Positions 1-12,299 of a DNA stretch of 64,000 bases are shown piece by piece. The stretch is from contig NC_057755.1 of assembly GCF_004010195.1 (NCBI RefSeq), forward strand, positions 7,716,145 through 7,780,144, written 5' to 3'. Both the position numbers and the translations under genes were made by a program. This DNA comes from Chiloscyllium plagiosum (Eukaryota). The notes beneath the pieces are model-generated. The model had not been told where the DNA came from and searched no databases. It saw only the letters and a list, made by a program, of their open reading frames with translations. Positions within the stretch are counted from its first letter, which is position 1. Each line of letters begins with the position of its first letter.

Positions 1-1255
1 TGGGAAATCATGTCTCACAAACTTGACTGAGTTTTTGAAGAAGTAACAAAGAAGATTGATGAGGGCAGAGCAGTGGATGTGATCTATATTGACTTCAGTA
101 AGGCGTTCGACAAGGTTCCTCATGGGAGACTGATTAGCAAGGTTCGATCTCATGGAATAAAGGGAGAACTAGCCATTTGGATACAGAACTGGCTCAAAGG
201 TAGAAGACAGAGAGTGGTGGTGAAGGATTGTTTTTCAGACTGGAGGCCTGTGACTAGTGGAGTGCCACAAGGATCGGTGCTAGGTCCTCTACTTTTTGTC
301 ATTTGCATAAATGATTTGGATGTGAGCATAAGAGGTAGTTAGTAAGTTTGCAGATGACACCAAATTTGGAGGTGTAGTGGACAGCGAAGAGGATTACCTC
401 AGATTACAACAGGATCTGGACCAGATGGGCCAATAAGTTGAGAAGTGGCAGATGGAGTTTAATTCAGATAAATGTGAGGTGCTACATTTTGGGAAAGCAA
501 ATCTTAGCAGGACATATACACTTAATGGTAAGGTCCTAGAGAGTGTTGCTGAACAAAGAGACCTTGAAGTGCAGGTTCATAGGTCCTTGAAAGTGGAGTC
601 GCAGGTAGAAAGGATAGTGAAGAAGGCGTTTAGTATGCTTTCCATTATTGGTCAGGGTATTGAGTACAGGAGTTGGGAGGTCATGTTGGGCTGTACGGGA
701 CATTAGTTAGGCCACTGTTGGAATATTGCATGCAATTCTGGTCTCCTTCCTATTGGAAAGATGTTGTAAAACTTGAAAGGGTTCAGAAAAGATTTACAAG
801 GATGTTGCCAGGGTTGGAGGATCTGGGTGACAAGGAGAGGCTGAACAGGCTGGGGCTGTTTTGCCTGGAGCGTCGAAGGCTGAGGGGTGACCTTATAGAG
901 GTATACAAAATTATAGGAGCATGGATAGGATAAATAGACAAAGTCTTTTCCCTGGGATCGGGAAGTCCAGAACTAGAGGCCAGGGTGAGAGGGGAAAGAT
1001 ATAAAAGAGACCTAAGGGACAACTTTTTCATGCAGAAGGTGGTACATGTATGGAATGAGCTGCCAGAGGATGTGGTGGAGGCTGGTACAATTGCAACATT
1101 TAAGAGGCATTTGGATGGATATATGAATAGAAAGGGTTTGGAGGGATATGGGCCGGGTGCTGGCAGGTGGGACTAGATTGGGTTGGGATATCTGGTCGAT
1201 GTGGACAGGTTGGATCGAAAGTTATGTTTCCATGCTGAACATCTCTATGACTCTA
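1..1255 (+). mobile_element. CR1-clade LINE (HER1-like), 3' part of ORF2 RT plus 3' UTR, degraded
   Basis: Translations [44 protein letters not shown]; ends in ctctatgactcta tail; stops and frameshifts. Confidence 0.95.
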
Positions 1256-2436
1256 AGAGCTGTAGTCCAGATAGCTGTGGGAGTCAGTGGGCTTGTAATG
1301 GATATTAGTGGATAGACTATTGCCGGAAATGGAGACAGAAAGGTCAAGGAAAGGAAGGCAAGTGTCAGAGATGGATCAGCTGAAGGTGATCGAGGGATGG
1401 ACTCTGGAAGCAACGTTTATGAATTTTTCCAGGTCAGGACGAGAACATGAAGCCACACAGAAATAGTCATCAATGTACCAATAAAGTAGTTGTGGGAGGG
1501 GACCCGGATAGGCCTGGAACAAGAAATGTTCTACATATCCCATCAAAAGACAGGCATAGCTAGGACCCAGCCAGGCGGAGGAGAGTGGTGGTGGATGGAG
1601 ATTGTTCGGGCCTCTTTTCGAGAAAGAAGCGAAGAGCTTTCAAGCCATCTTGGTGTGGGACGGAGGTGTAAAGAGATTGCACATCCATGGTACATAGAAG
1701 GTGGTTAGGGCCGGCTGAATTTGTTCTCTCTCTCAACAACTTCTCGTTCAACTCATCCCATTTTCTCCAAATCAAAGGTGTAGCAATGGGTACCCGCATT
1801 GGTCCCAGAACAAGGATAGGGTCCCTCTTGTTCTCACCTTTCACCCCACCCACCTTCACATGCAAAAAAAAACCCTCTGCCATTTTCACCAACTCCAACA
1901 CAAAGCCACCACTAAACACATCTTCCCTTCCCTCCCCCTGTCTGCTTTACTCAGAGATTGTTCCCTCCGGGACAACCTAGTCCACTCCTCCATCACACCT
2001 AACACCTCTCCCATCACACACGGCACTTTCCCATGCAATCGCAGAAGGTGCAACACCTGCCCCTTTACCTCTTCCATGCTCACCATCCAAGGTCCCAATC
2101 ACTCATTTCAGATTAAGCAGCGTTTCACTTCTACCTCTTTTAATTTGGTCTATTGCATTCGTTGCTCCCAATGTGGTCTCCTCCATATCGGAGAGACAAA
2201 ACGCTGACTGGGTGATTACTTTGCTGAGCGCCTTCGGCCTGTACGCAATCAGGTCCCGGACCTTCCAGTGGCTTGCCACTTCAACACCCAATCCTGCTCC
2301 CATACCCACATGTCTGTCCTGGGCCTGCTGCAATGTTCCAGTGAAGCTCAACGCAAACTGGAGGAACAGCATCTCATCATCTGACTGGGCACGTTACAGC
2401 CTGCCGGTCTCAACACTGGATTCAACAACTTCAGAT
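1256..2436. mobile_element. Penelope-like element (RT + GIY-YIG endonuclease), internally rearranged
   Basis: Minus strand: TMDVQSLYTSVPHQDGL and PSYACLLMGYVE..WYIDDY..HYKPTDSHSYLDY. Plus strand: VLSLNNFSFNSSHFLQIKGVAMGTR, CNRRRCNTC, VYCIRCSQCGLLHIGETKR (GIY-YIG). Confidence 0.9.
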
Positions 2437-2440
2437 GATT

Positions 2441-2791
2441 CTGGATCAATGGTGCTGGAAGAGCACAGCAGTTCAGGCAGCATCCGAGGAGCAGCAGCAA
2501 AATCGATGTTTCGGGCAAAAGCCCTTCATCAGGAATAAAGGCAGAGAGCCTGAAGTGTGGAGAGATAAGCTAGAGGAGTGTGGGGGTGGGGAGACAGTAG
2601 CATAGAGTACAATAGGTGAGTGGGGGAGGAGATGAAGGTCAGGGAGGAGAGGGTGGAGAGAATAGGTGGAAAAGGAGCTAGGCAGGTCGGACAAGTCCGG
2701 ACAAGTCAAGGGGACAGTGCGGAGCTGGAAGTTTGAAACTAGGATGAGGTGGGGGAAGGGGAAATGAGGAAGCTGTTGAAGTCCATTTAAG
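2441..2791 (-). mobile_element. 3' end of a second Penelope-like element with hammerhead motif, nested in the first
   Basis: Minus strand contains cctgatgaagggcttttgcccgaaacatcg; flanked by direct repeat ttcagatgatt (2430-2440 / 2792-2802). Confidence 0.75.
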
Positions 2792-3632
2792 TTCAGATGA
2801 TTATCCCATCTCGACCCCTCTGTTTTTACTCTGCTCCGTAAAATTTTCACTGTTCTGTACCTCTTATTTCTTGATTGTCTCTCTTTCTCTCGCTCCCCAC
2901 TCTCTCATCACCTTTTTCCTCTCCTCTTCCCCCTTTGCTGCCCTTGTCCCCTGTTTTCCATTTTGCCTCTGCTTCACCCATCCCCCCCATCCTCCACATA
3001 TTTTGTCACAAAGCACTGGCTTCAGCCTTGCTTCACAGCTCCTAATCAACCTATAATCTCTCTATGCACTGTCACTATCACCTCTTTATTGCTACCTTTG
3101 CTTCTGGAGCCATGACTTACCTTCCCTCAGCCTGGTATAAATACCTCCCGATTTCTCCCTTTGTTTTAGCTTTGACAAAGGGTCAGTGAGACTCAGAGGG
3201 TTAGATAGGGTGGACAGTGAGAACCTTTTTCCAAGTATGGTGACGGCGAGCACGAGGGGGCATAGCTTTAAATTGAGGGGTGATAGATATAGGACAGATA
3301 TCAGAGGTAGTTTCTTTACTCAGAGAGTAGTAAGGGTATGGAAGGCTTTGCCTGCAACGATAGTAGATTTGCCAACTTGAAGTACATTTAAGTCGTCATT
3401 GGACAAGCATATGGGCATATCTGGAATAGTGTAGGTTAGATGGGCTTCAGATTAGTATGACAGGTCAGCACAACATCGAGGGCCGAAGGGCCTGTACTGC
3501 GCTGTAATGTTCTATGTTCTATGAAACGTCAGCTGTTTTCTCTCCTTACAGATGCTGCCAGACCTGCTGAGCTTTTCTAGCATTATCTCTTTTGGTTTCA
3601 GATTCCAGCATCCGCAGTAATTTGCTTTTATC
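2792..3632 (+). mobile_element. 3' UTR of the Penelope-like element, interrupted by a CR1 fragment (~3195-3522)
   Basis: Pyrimidine-rich UTR, then tttgacaaagggtcagtgagactc [CR1] gaaacgtcagct..gatgctgccagacctgctgag; uninterrupted homolog at 25866-26000 (minus). Confidence 0.7.
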
Positions 3633-3666
3633 CCTTATTTCTAAAAGCTGTTCCTTTTCTCAAGGA

Positions 3667-3894
3667 TGCTATGTCCTTGGTTTTTTTCAGAGGGGTCGTA
3701 AACACTGGTTTAGTAAAGAGATTAAAGGGTATTGAGAGGCCTTTTTGTTTATACGTAAACAGATGAGACTTCAGGCAAAAATGGTCATGTTTTAGAAGTG
3801 ACCTGCATATAATGAAAGGGGGGGTGGTCAGCTCTCTAGCAGATCAGTTCAGTTCAGTCCAGAACTAGCTGGGAGTTTAACAGTGAGCTATGTG

Positions 3895-3929
<35 letters not shown>

Positions 3930-4243
3930 GCTCTCTTCCTGCTTTTCTAACTGCAACCTGTAAGCATCTGTTCCCTTTTTTAAAATGTGTCTTAAGGGGG
4001 TTTGCTTTTTGGGTCTGTTGTGTATTTTCGGAACAGCATAATTAATTCTCGTTTGGATAGACTGAGTTCTGTAGGGGTTCTTTTTTCCTTCGTGTTTCAT
4101 TGTGTAATTTTGTGAATAAATTTCTGTCTATTTTAAAACCTAGCTAAATTACTCTGGGTAAATTCTCACTGTACACTTACTGAAATAAATTGCCATGTTA
4201 TGGGCTGGGTTGCCTGCTGAAGAATGGTTTTGAGTCCATAACA
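3667..4243 (+). mobile_element. Solo LTR (Gypsy-type)
   Basis: tgctatg...cataaca terminal inverted ends, internal AATAAA; resembles 7830-8160 and 55113-55719. Confidence 0.6.
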
Positions 4244-4559
4244 TAAGGTATGATTTGCCCAGATAGAATGTAATCAATATTTTTCACTGTATCTCATACA
4301 TGTGATAATAGTAAAACATATCAAAATCAAATCACCGAAGTAGTTTTAAAACTGCAATCTTACTGTCGAATTGTATGTCCCTCCTCCACTCAGCTGAACA
4401 TTTGACGATCTTCCATTGTACGCTTTTGGGATCACAGAAAGACACTGCACATAATAAAACAGATCATTCACTGCATAAACTGAGTAACTTTTTGAATTAT
4501 TACGCATTCCATAGTGAAGATCTGCCAACAAGACGAAAGCTGACTAGTTGATGCATATT

Positions 4560-5510
4560 TAGGTTGCAGTTGTGCTGGACCTTGGTCGGGCCACACTTGG
4601 AGGATTGTGTTCAGCTTTGGTCACCTTGCCAGGGGAAGGATGTTATTAAACTGGAAAGAGTGCAGAAGAAATTTATCAGGATGTTGCCAGGACTGAGGAG
4701 TTGGATAAGCTGGGAATTTTTTCTTTAGAGCATAGGAGACTGAGGTGGGNNNNNNNNNNNNGTGGGGGAGGGGTGGGGGGTTGGGGAGGGGCGGGGTGGG
4801 TGCTAGTGCACGGGCAGAATCTTATCAATGTGTATAACTTCGTGAGAGGCATGGATAGGGTGAATGCACTCACTAAGGTTAGGGAAGCGAGGACTAGAGG
4901 GCATCAGTTTAAGGTCAGAGGGTAAAGAACAAAGGGGAAACCTGAGGGGCAATGTTTCTACAGAGGGTGGTAGGGATATGGAATGAGCTGCCAGCGGAAG
5001 TGGCTGATGTGGGTACATTAACAACATTTAAAAGGCCTTTGGATAAATTAGATTTGATTATATTCCCTACAGTGCGGAAACAGGCCCTTTGGCCCAACAA
5101 GTCCACACCGTCCCTCCGAAGAGTAACCCACCCAGACCCATTTCCCTCTGACTAATGCACCTAACACTGCCGGCAATTTAGAATGGCCAATTCACCTGAC
5201 CGGCACATCTCTGGACTGTGGGAGGAAACCGGAGCAACTGGAAGAAACCCAGGCAGACGTGGGGAGAATGTGTAAACTCCACACAGACAATTACCCAAGG
5301 TTGGAATCGAACCTGGGTCCCCGATGCTGTGAGGCAGCAGTGCTAACCAGTAAGCCACTGTGCCGCCTTAAATACATGGATAGGAAAGGATTAGAACGAT
5401 ATGGGCCAAGTGCAGGGAAATGGGCTTAGCATGGATGGAAATTTTGGTTTTCATGGACCAGTTTAGGCCGAAGGTCCTGTCTCTATGCTGTCGGATGCCG
5501 TGACTGTATA
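4560..5510 (+). mobile_element. CR1 3' fragment containing an assembly gap (N run 4750-4761) and a nested HE1 SINE (5046-5367, minus)
   Basis: CR1 C-terminal motifs (LGIFSLEHRRLR, QRVVGIWNELP); SINE A/B boxes on minus strand. Confidence 0.85.
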
Positions 5511-6194
5511 ACTGGGAGCAAGAGGAGGCAATTCAGACCGTCAAACTTACCCTTCCCATCCCCTGCCCTACATTTATTAGTCCTCTGCAGTGACAGCTAG
5601 AGGTCAGGAAGTCCCAACACTTAAGCAATTGCAATTTTCTGGTAAGCTCTGTGCCCTCTCTATGTTGGAAAGAATTGTACACGTTCAGGCAGAATTTTCT
5701 ATCCTTTTCAAAAAAAGGCAACATCATCTCTCTGGCAATTGTATCTCTCACGTTAAACAAACATTGGAAATGGAAATCAATAGAATGTGGGGCGTAATAT
5801 CGTATCAGTGTTTCAGCAATATGATCTATGTTCAGTGTGATGTCCTCTCCCAACCTTCATCGAGCTAACTCTATCTGTGTAACCCATTAAAATTATAATT
5901 ACACTGGAGAGAAATGTAAGAGTGCTTCAGCACAGAGAGGTCTATATGTCCTTGTGCATGAATCACAGCAAACTAGTGTGCAGGTACAGTGGGTAATAAG
6001 GAAAGCAATTAGAGTGTTGGCATTTATTGCAAAAGGAATAGAATATAAAAGTAGGGAAGTATTGCTACAAGTGTACAAAGCATTAATGAAGTATCTGGAG
6101 AATTGTGTGTAATTTTTGCCTCTTTATTGGAGGAGAGAAGCAGTTTAGAGGAGGTTCACTCGATTCACGCCAGAATCACAGTCGTAAAGCCACA

Positions 6195-7766
6195 GAGATG
6201 TACAGATACTGCATCAGGAAACAGAGCCTTCAGTCCAACTCGTCCATGCTGACCAGATATCCCAACCCAACCTAGTCCCACCTGCCAGCCCAGGGCCCCA
6301 TCCCTCCAAAACCTTCTTACTCATATACCCATCCAGATGCCTTTTAAATGTTGCAATTGTACCAGCCTCCACCACTTCCTCTGGCAGCTCATTCCATACA
6401 CGCACCACCCTCTGCATGAAAGAAATGCTCCTTAGGTCTCTTTTATATCTTTCCCCTGTCACTCTAAACCTATGCCCTCTAGTTCTGGACTCCCTGACCC
6501 CAGAGAAAAGACTTTGTCAAGTTATCCTATCCATGCCCCTCATGATTTAAAAAACCTCTATCAGGTCACCCTCAGCCTGCAACACTCCAGGAAAAACAGC
6601 CCCAGCTTGTTCAGCCTCTCCTTATAGTTCAAATCCTCCAACCCTGGCAACATCCTTGTAAATCTTTTCTGAACCCTTTCAAGTTTCACAATATCCTTCC
6701 ATCAGGAAGGAGACGAGAATTGCATACAATATTAGGTTTTTGCTCGAAATGTCGGATTTTCCTGCTCCTCGGATGCTGCCTGAACTGCTGCGCTTTTCCA
6801 GCGCCACTCTACTCCAGAATCTGCATACAATATTTCAATGTCCTAACCAGCATCCTGTAAGCCGCAACATGACCTCCCAACTCCTGTACTCAATACTCTG
6901 ACCAATAAAGAAGCACATACCAAACACCTTCTTCACTATCCTGTCTACCTGGGACACCACTTTTAAGGAACTATGAACCTGCACTCCAAGGTCTCTTTGT
7001 TCAGCAAGACTCCCTAGGACCCTACCATTAAGTATATAAGTCCTGCTAAGATTTGCTTTCCCAAAATGCAGCACCTCACATTTATCAAAATTAAACTCCA
7101 TCTGCCACTCCCTGGCCCATTGGCCCATCTGATCAAGATCCGGTTGTACACTGAGGTAACGTTCTTTGCCATCGACTACACCTCTAATTTTGGTGTCATC
7201 TGCAAACTTACTAACTATACTTCCTATGTTCACATCCAAATCATTTCTATAAATGATAAAAAGCAGTGGACCCAGCATCGATCCTTGTGGGACACCATTG
7301 GTCACAGGCCTCCAATCTGAAAAGCAACCCGCCTCCACTACCCTCTGTCTTCTACCGTCAAGCAAGTTCTGTATCCAAATGTCTAGTTCTCCCTGTATTC
7401 CATAATATCTAACCTTGCTAAGCAGTCTAACATGAGGAATCTTGTTGAACGCCTGGGAACTATAGACCAGTAGGCTTATCATCTGTGGTGGGTAATTTAC
7501 TTGAGAAGATTCTGAGGGATAAGATATACATGCATTTGGAAAATTAGGATTTGATTAGGAGTAGTCGGCATGACTTTGTGTGTGGGAGATTATGTCTCGC
7601 AAACCTCTGTCTTCTACCTTTGAGCCAGTTCTGTATCCAAATGGCTAGTTCTCCTTGTATTCCATGAGATCTAACCTTACTAACCAATCTCCCATGGGGA
7701 ACCTTGTCGAGGCCTTACTGAAGTCCATATGGATCATGTCTACTGCTCTGCCCTCATTAATCCTCT
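6195..7766 (-). mobile_element. CR1 LINE RT and 3' end, with nested hammerhead-family insertion (6734-6822) and an inverted CR1 piece (~7453-7603)
   Basis: ORF 6835-7482: NGVPQGSMLGPLLF, KFADDTK; duplication tgcatacaatatt flanks the insertion. Confidence 0.9.
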
Positions 7767-8174
7767 TCTTGTTCTCAGAGAGGTCGTCAAAGACACAGAC
7801 TCTGAAACGTCTGGATGTGGATGGGTTTTAGGGTCAGTTTGATGATAAGACTTTCAAGTTTTAAAAACTACTCTTGTACAATGAAAGGGGAGTGGCCAGT
7901 TCCCTCAGCCCGGCATCTCCCTGGTTTTAACACAGGAGTTGTTTTTGTCGCTGCTGGACCCAAGCGAAGCAGGTCCAGGCTGGTGCTCTCTCTCTGACTT
8001 TTCTCCTGTCAGACCTTGTGTTTGACTTTACCTTTTGTGCCAAGGGGTGTTTATGGGGATTGTTGCTGGCATTTGGAGCAGCATCAGTTGGGATGATCTG
8101 TTGGGTTTTCAGACAGGTTAAGTTATTCTGTATTCTGTTCTCTTTTGTTCGGGTTTCTCCCCCCACTTATATTT

Positions 8175-8535
8175 CTCACCCCGTCTCTCTCTCTCTCTCA
8201 CTCTATTCCAACTCTCTCTTTTCCATCTCTCTCAGTACACAACCATCTCTGTGCCTCCCCTCTGTTTTTCTCTGTCTCTTCTCCATCTCTCTCTCTTCTT
8301 CCACCTTCTCTCTCTCCCACCTTCTCTCTCTCTCTCCCACCTTCTCTATCTCTCTTCTACCTTCTCTCTCTCCCACCTTCTCTCTCTCTTCCACCTTCTC
8401 TCTCTCCCACCTTCTCTCTCTCTCTCTTTCTCCACCTTTCTCTCTCTGTCTCTCCCCTGTCTCTCTCTTCCCCCATCTCTCTCTTTCCCACCCATCTCTC
8501 TCTGTCTCCCCCTGTCTCTCCCTCCCATCTCTCTG
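8175..8535. repeat. (CT)n-rich polypyrimidine tract with ccaccttctctctct subunits
   Basis: Directly visible; source of spurious Ser/Leu ORFs. Confidence 0.9.
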
Positions 8536-8844
8536 AATGTGTTAACGCTGCTGATTTTGAAATCATGACATTTCGCCGGGTGAGAGGCAACAATGGCTTT
8601 GTAGGTGAAGACAGGAATATTTGAGTATTTGACTATTTCCAGTTGAAAGATGAAACATGATGCACTTATGAATGGTTCAACTTCACTCTATGTTCGATTA
8701 TGAAGGATCTGAATGAGCTGAACGTCTCCAATGCTCAAAAACAGAGACACAGAGTTATTCACTTCCTCTTGTCCATCTGTAAAATTCTACAAGGTTGACT
8801 CTCTTTGCCTAAGTGAGGGGTAACTGACTTACTCAAGGGCTAGT

Positions 8845-9050
8845 ACAAACTGACAAATCACACAACACCAGTTTATAGTCCAATATGTTTATTTGGAAGT
8901 GCTAGCTTTCGGAGCGCTGCTCCTTCATCAGGTGGGTATGGGGTATAACTACCTAATGAAGAAGCAGTGCTCCGAAAGCTAGTGCTTCCAAATAAACCTA
9001 TTGGACTATCACCTGGTGTTGTGTGATTTGTAAGTTTATCCACCCCAATC
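8845..9050. mobile_element. Head-to-head palindromic Penelope-derived short element, hammerhead family B
   Basis: aaatcacacaacacca...ccttcatcaggtgg followed by its reverse complement ...ctggtgttgtgtgattt. Confidence 0.75.
8901..8935 (-). ncRNA. Minimal type I hammerhead ribozyme motif
   Basis: ccac-CUGAUGA-a-GGAGC-agc-GCUCC-GAA-AGCU-A: intact core, 5-bp stem II, palindromic AGCU stem III. Confidence 0.7.
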
Positions 9051-9829
9051 CAACATGGGCACCTTCAAATCAAGTGCTAGTGAAACAGACTAGGCAGACA
9101 GAAAGCCAGATGGCATGTCTGAAAGGTATAAAGGCCCCTTTGTCTTCCTCCAAGACAGTACCGAACACCTAAAGGAACCTTCATTGGGTTGTGGTGCTGT
9201 CTGGATTAGTTAGATATTGTCAACATGAAGTGGACAGTCAGTCATTTTAATCATAAACAAAGAACTGGATATTGGAAATCTGAAACAAGAAACGGAAATT
9301 GCTGGAGAAACTCGACATTCTCTCTAGGGATGCGACCAGACCTGCCGAGTTAATGTTTCAAATTCAATGACCCTTCCGCAGAACTGGACTCGAAACATTA
9401 ACTCTGTCTTCTCTCCACTGTTTTCAATTAGCAACTCTTCCTGCCCCATGTTGGAGCAGGCTTTTTATCTTAATCTGCCGAATAACGTCACACTCGGGCA
9501 GCTGCACCTTTTCCAGACATGAAAATTAATCCTTGGAAATTTGCGTGAGTTATAAATTCCTCTCGTTCACCCTGTCCAACAAAAATAGGCTTGTTTCTGA
9601 GCGTGGCAACAGACCACTTTACCAAGATTCGAATGCTCAAATTGTTTCCTTCTCGAACCTTGTAGGTTTATAAAGCAATAACTGAACAGATTATCTTTGA
9701 AGCAAAAGGCAAGTGCATTATTTAACTTTAATTTGGAAAATCTGGCTCACTGCAGTGAGAATTCAATCTGTTAGGTTCCAGAATACCCTGATTAGGTGCC
9801 ACCTTGTGGCCCATGAACCAATCTACCAG

Positions 9830-10520
9830 ATCCAACATAGGGTCATACAGCACGGAAATAGACCCTTCCGTCCAAACCAATGCGTGACAAACATAATCCC
9901 AAACTAAATTAGTCCCACCCACCTGCTCCTGGTTCATATCCCTCCAAACCTCATGTACTTATTTAAACACCTTTTAAACATTGTAACTGTGCTCACACCC
10001 ACCTCAGGAAGTTCATTCTGCACATGCCCCTGTCTCAGTGGATCAAACATGCCCCTCATGTCTTTTTTAAATCTTTCTCCTCTCACCTTAAAAATCTGCC
10101 CCCTTATCCTGAAATCCCCTGCCCCAAGGAAACAAACACCTGCCGTTCACCTTATCTGTACACCCAATGATTTTATGGACCTCTACAAGGTCACTGCTCA
10201 ACCTCCTATACTCCAGTGAAAGAAAGTTCCAGCCTTCCCTTATAACTCAAGCTCTCTACCCCTAGCAACATCCCGGTAAACCCCTTGCAAATCCTCTACA
10301 GTTTAATAACGTCCTTCCTTATAAGTTTGTAAGTGGTTAGCACTGCCGACTCACGAGACCAGGGACCCGGGTTTGATTCCAGTCTCGGGTGACTGTATGT
10401 GTGGAGTTTGCACGTTCTCCCTTTGTCCGTGTGGGTTTCCTTTGGGTGCTCTGGCTTTCTTCCACAATCCAAAGATGCGCAGGTTAGGTGAACTGAACAA
10501 ATGAAATTTGCCCCATAGTG
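9830..10520. mobile_element. CR1 3' fragment (minus, ~9830-10325) followed by HE1 SINE 5' part (plus, ~10330-10520)
   Basis: CR1 3' UTR in reverse; gtggttagcactg..gggtttgattcc A/B boxes. Confidence 0.8.
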
Positions 10521-10539
10521 TTCACAGTTGTGGGCAAGA

Positions 10540-11060
10540 GACAGAGAGATGTGGAGAGAGGGATGGGGAAAGAAAGAAACAGGGAGAGAGAGAAAGATGG
10601 GGCGATAGAGTAAGAGAGAGAGAGAGGGAAAGAGACAGAAAATGGAGGAAGGGTGCCAAAGTCTGGGGGGAAAGGGGGGGCAAAGATGAAAGAGAGAGAG
10701 CAAGGCAAGAAATACAAAGTGGAGGCCGAAAGAAAAATGAGCCTGGCATTTAGAGAGAAAGAGAGAGAGCGACAGCAAGAAAGACAAGGAGAAAAGTAAA
10801 TGGAGAAAGAGACACACAGGGAGAGAGAAAGAGAGAGAAGGAGGGACAGATAGACTCAGCGAGAAACAAAATTAGAGAAATGGAGGAAAAGACTGGCAGA
10901 CATACAGAGAGAGGGAGAAACAGAGAGAGAGAGAGACAGAGAGGAACCAAAAAATGAGAGACAGACAGGGAGAGAGACACACAGAGAGATGGAGAAAGAT
11001 AAAGAGACAGAGAGAGTGAGAGAGAGAGAGAGAAGGGGGAAATGAGGCAGAGACAAAGTT
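10540..11060. repeat. (GA)n-rich polypurine tract
   Basis: Directly visible. Confidence 0.9.
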
Positions 11061-11168
11061 AAGCAAGAAGTGACATGCAAACGCTAAAGACCATTCCAGC
11101 TGGTCTCAGCTTTCTTTCCCAAAGGCTTTTCAGTATCTCTCACTCTCACTGTCCCATGAAGGAAAGAG

Positions 11169-11376
11169 TCGAGAGTGTGGTGTTGGAAAAGCACAGCAGG
11201 TCAGGTAGTGTCCGAGGAGCAGGAGAATCGACGTTTCGGACCTATCCCTTTCATCAAGAATCGAGCTTATGCCCGAAATGTCGATTCTCCTGGTACTAAG
11301 ATGCTGCCTGACCTGTTGTGCTTTTCCAGCGCCACACTCTCGACTCTGATCTCCAGCATTTGCAGTTCTCACTTTC
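11169..11376. mobile_element. Palindromic Penelope-derived short element, hammerhead family A
   Basis: Inverted arms ggaaaagcacagcaggtcagg / cctgacctgttgtgcttttcc; degenerate duplication ccatgaaggaaagag / ccatgagggacaaag. Confidence 0.75.
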
Positions 11377-12299
11377 TCCATGAGGGACAAAGCTGGTTCC
11401 AGGATGCTGACAGGGGCAGCATGGCTGATTTGGGGAGCCTGAAAGGATCCAAACTGGGATTGAGATTCTCACAAAGACAGGAACAGACAGACACTCTCCC
11501 CAGTCAGACCATATGGCAAGAGGATAATGGCCGTTTTAAATACCCCCAGGGTCTGTCACTTAAACCCCACCTCCTCCCACATCCCATATGTGACATCATC
11601 TCGTCAGCTCCCAGTTTCCTCTACCTGGAACACACCTCCCCCAGGAATGGAACACATCAGCCACCAACTTTGTGAGATTCGAGGAGGATGTGGGAGAAAG
11701 CAACATGTTTAGCCCAGGTCTGGCCCAGTCTGTCTCTGCCCCACCCCCACTGGACCCAGACTTGGAATACACACAGACACAAACCTCAGTGCAGCCAGGA
11801 CACACTCATTTATTCCACCAATGAACACAAAGTTCTTGCAAAATTGAGCTCAAGATTTTATTTGGCACCAATTTAATGAAACTAAAACAAACAAATCAGC
11901 AAACTTGAGTTTGAGAGTTGAACAAATGATAATAAATCCATCATACAATTGAACGCGCCGTATTTACAGTTTAATTATACAAATAGACACAAGTTTGATC
12001 TTCACAAAATTGAAATGGCGGATGGAATTGAACTTAAGATGGTTAAACAAATGCACTTCATTCTGAGGAATAGGTTTAAGGATGTTTCAAGGCTGTTCCA
12101 CTTTTTCATCGATAGTTGGTGCTGGCAAGAAACCGCTTGACACAAATTGTATGAAAGATGTTTACACTCAGGGCAGTGTCAATCACTTTATAAAGTCAGA
12201 AGTCACGCGGCACCAGGTTACGCTTCAACAGATTTAATTGAAATCAGACATGTTTCCAGAGTGCTGTTCCACATCATGACTGCACACACGCCATCAATG

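Noticed and set aside
4750..4800. G-quadruplex-like G tract
   Set aside because: Abuts an N gap, so the sequence is unreliable
8018..8624. Long Ser/Leu or Arg/Glu ORFs (also 10296-11080, 36945-37455, 38280-38675, 40775-41134)
   Set aside because: Artefacts of CT/GA microsatellite tracts
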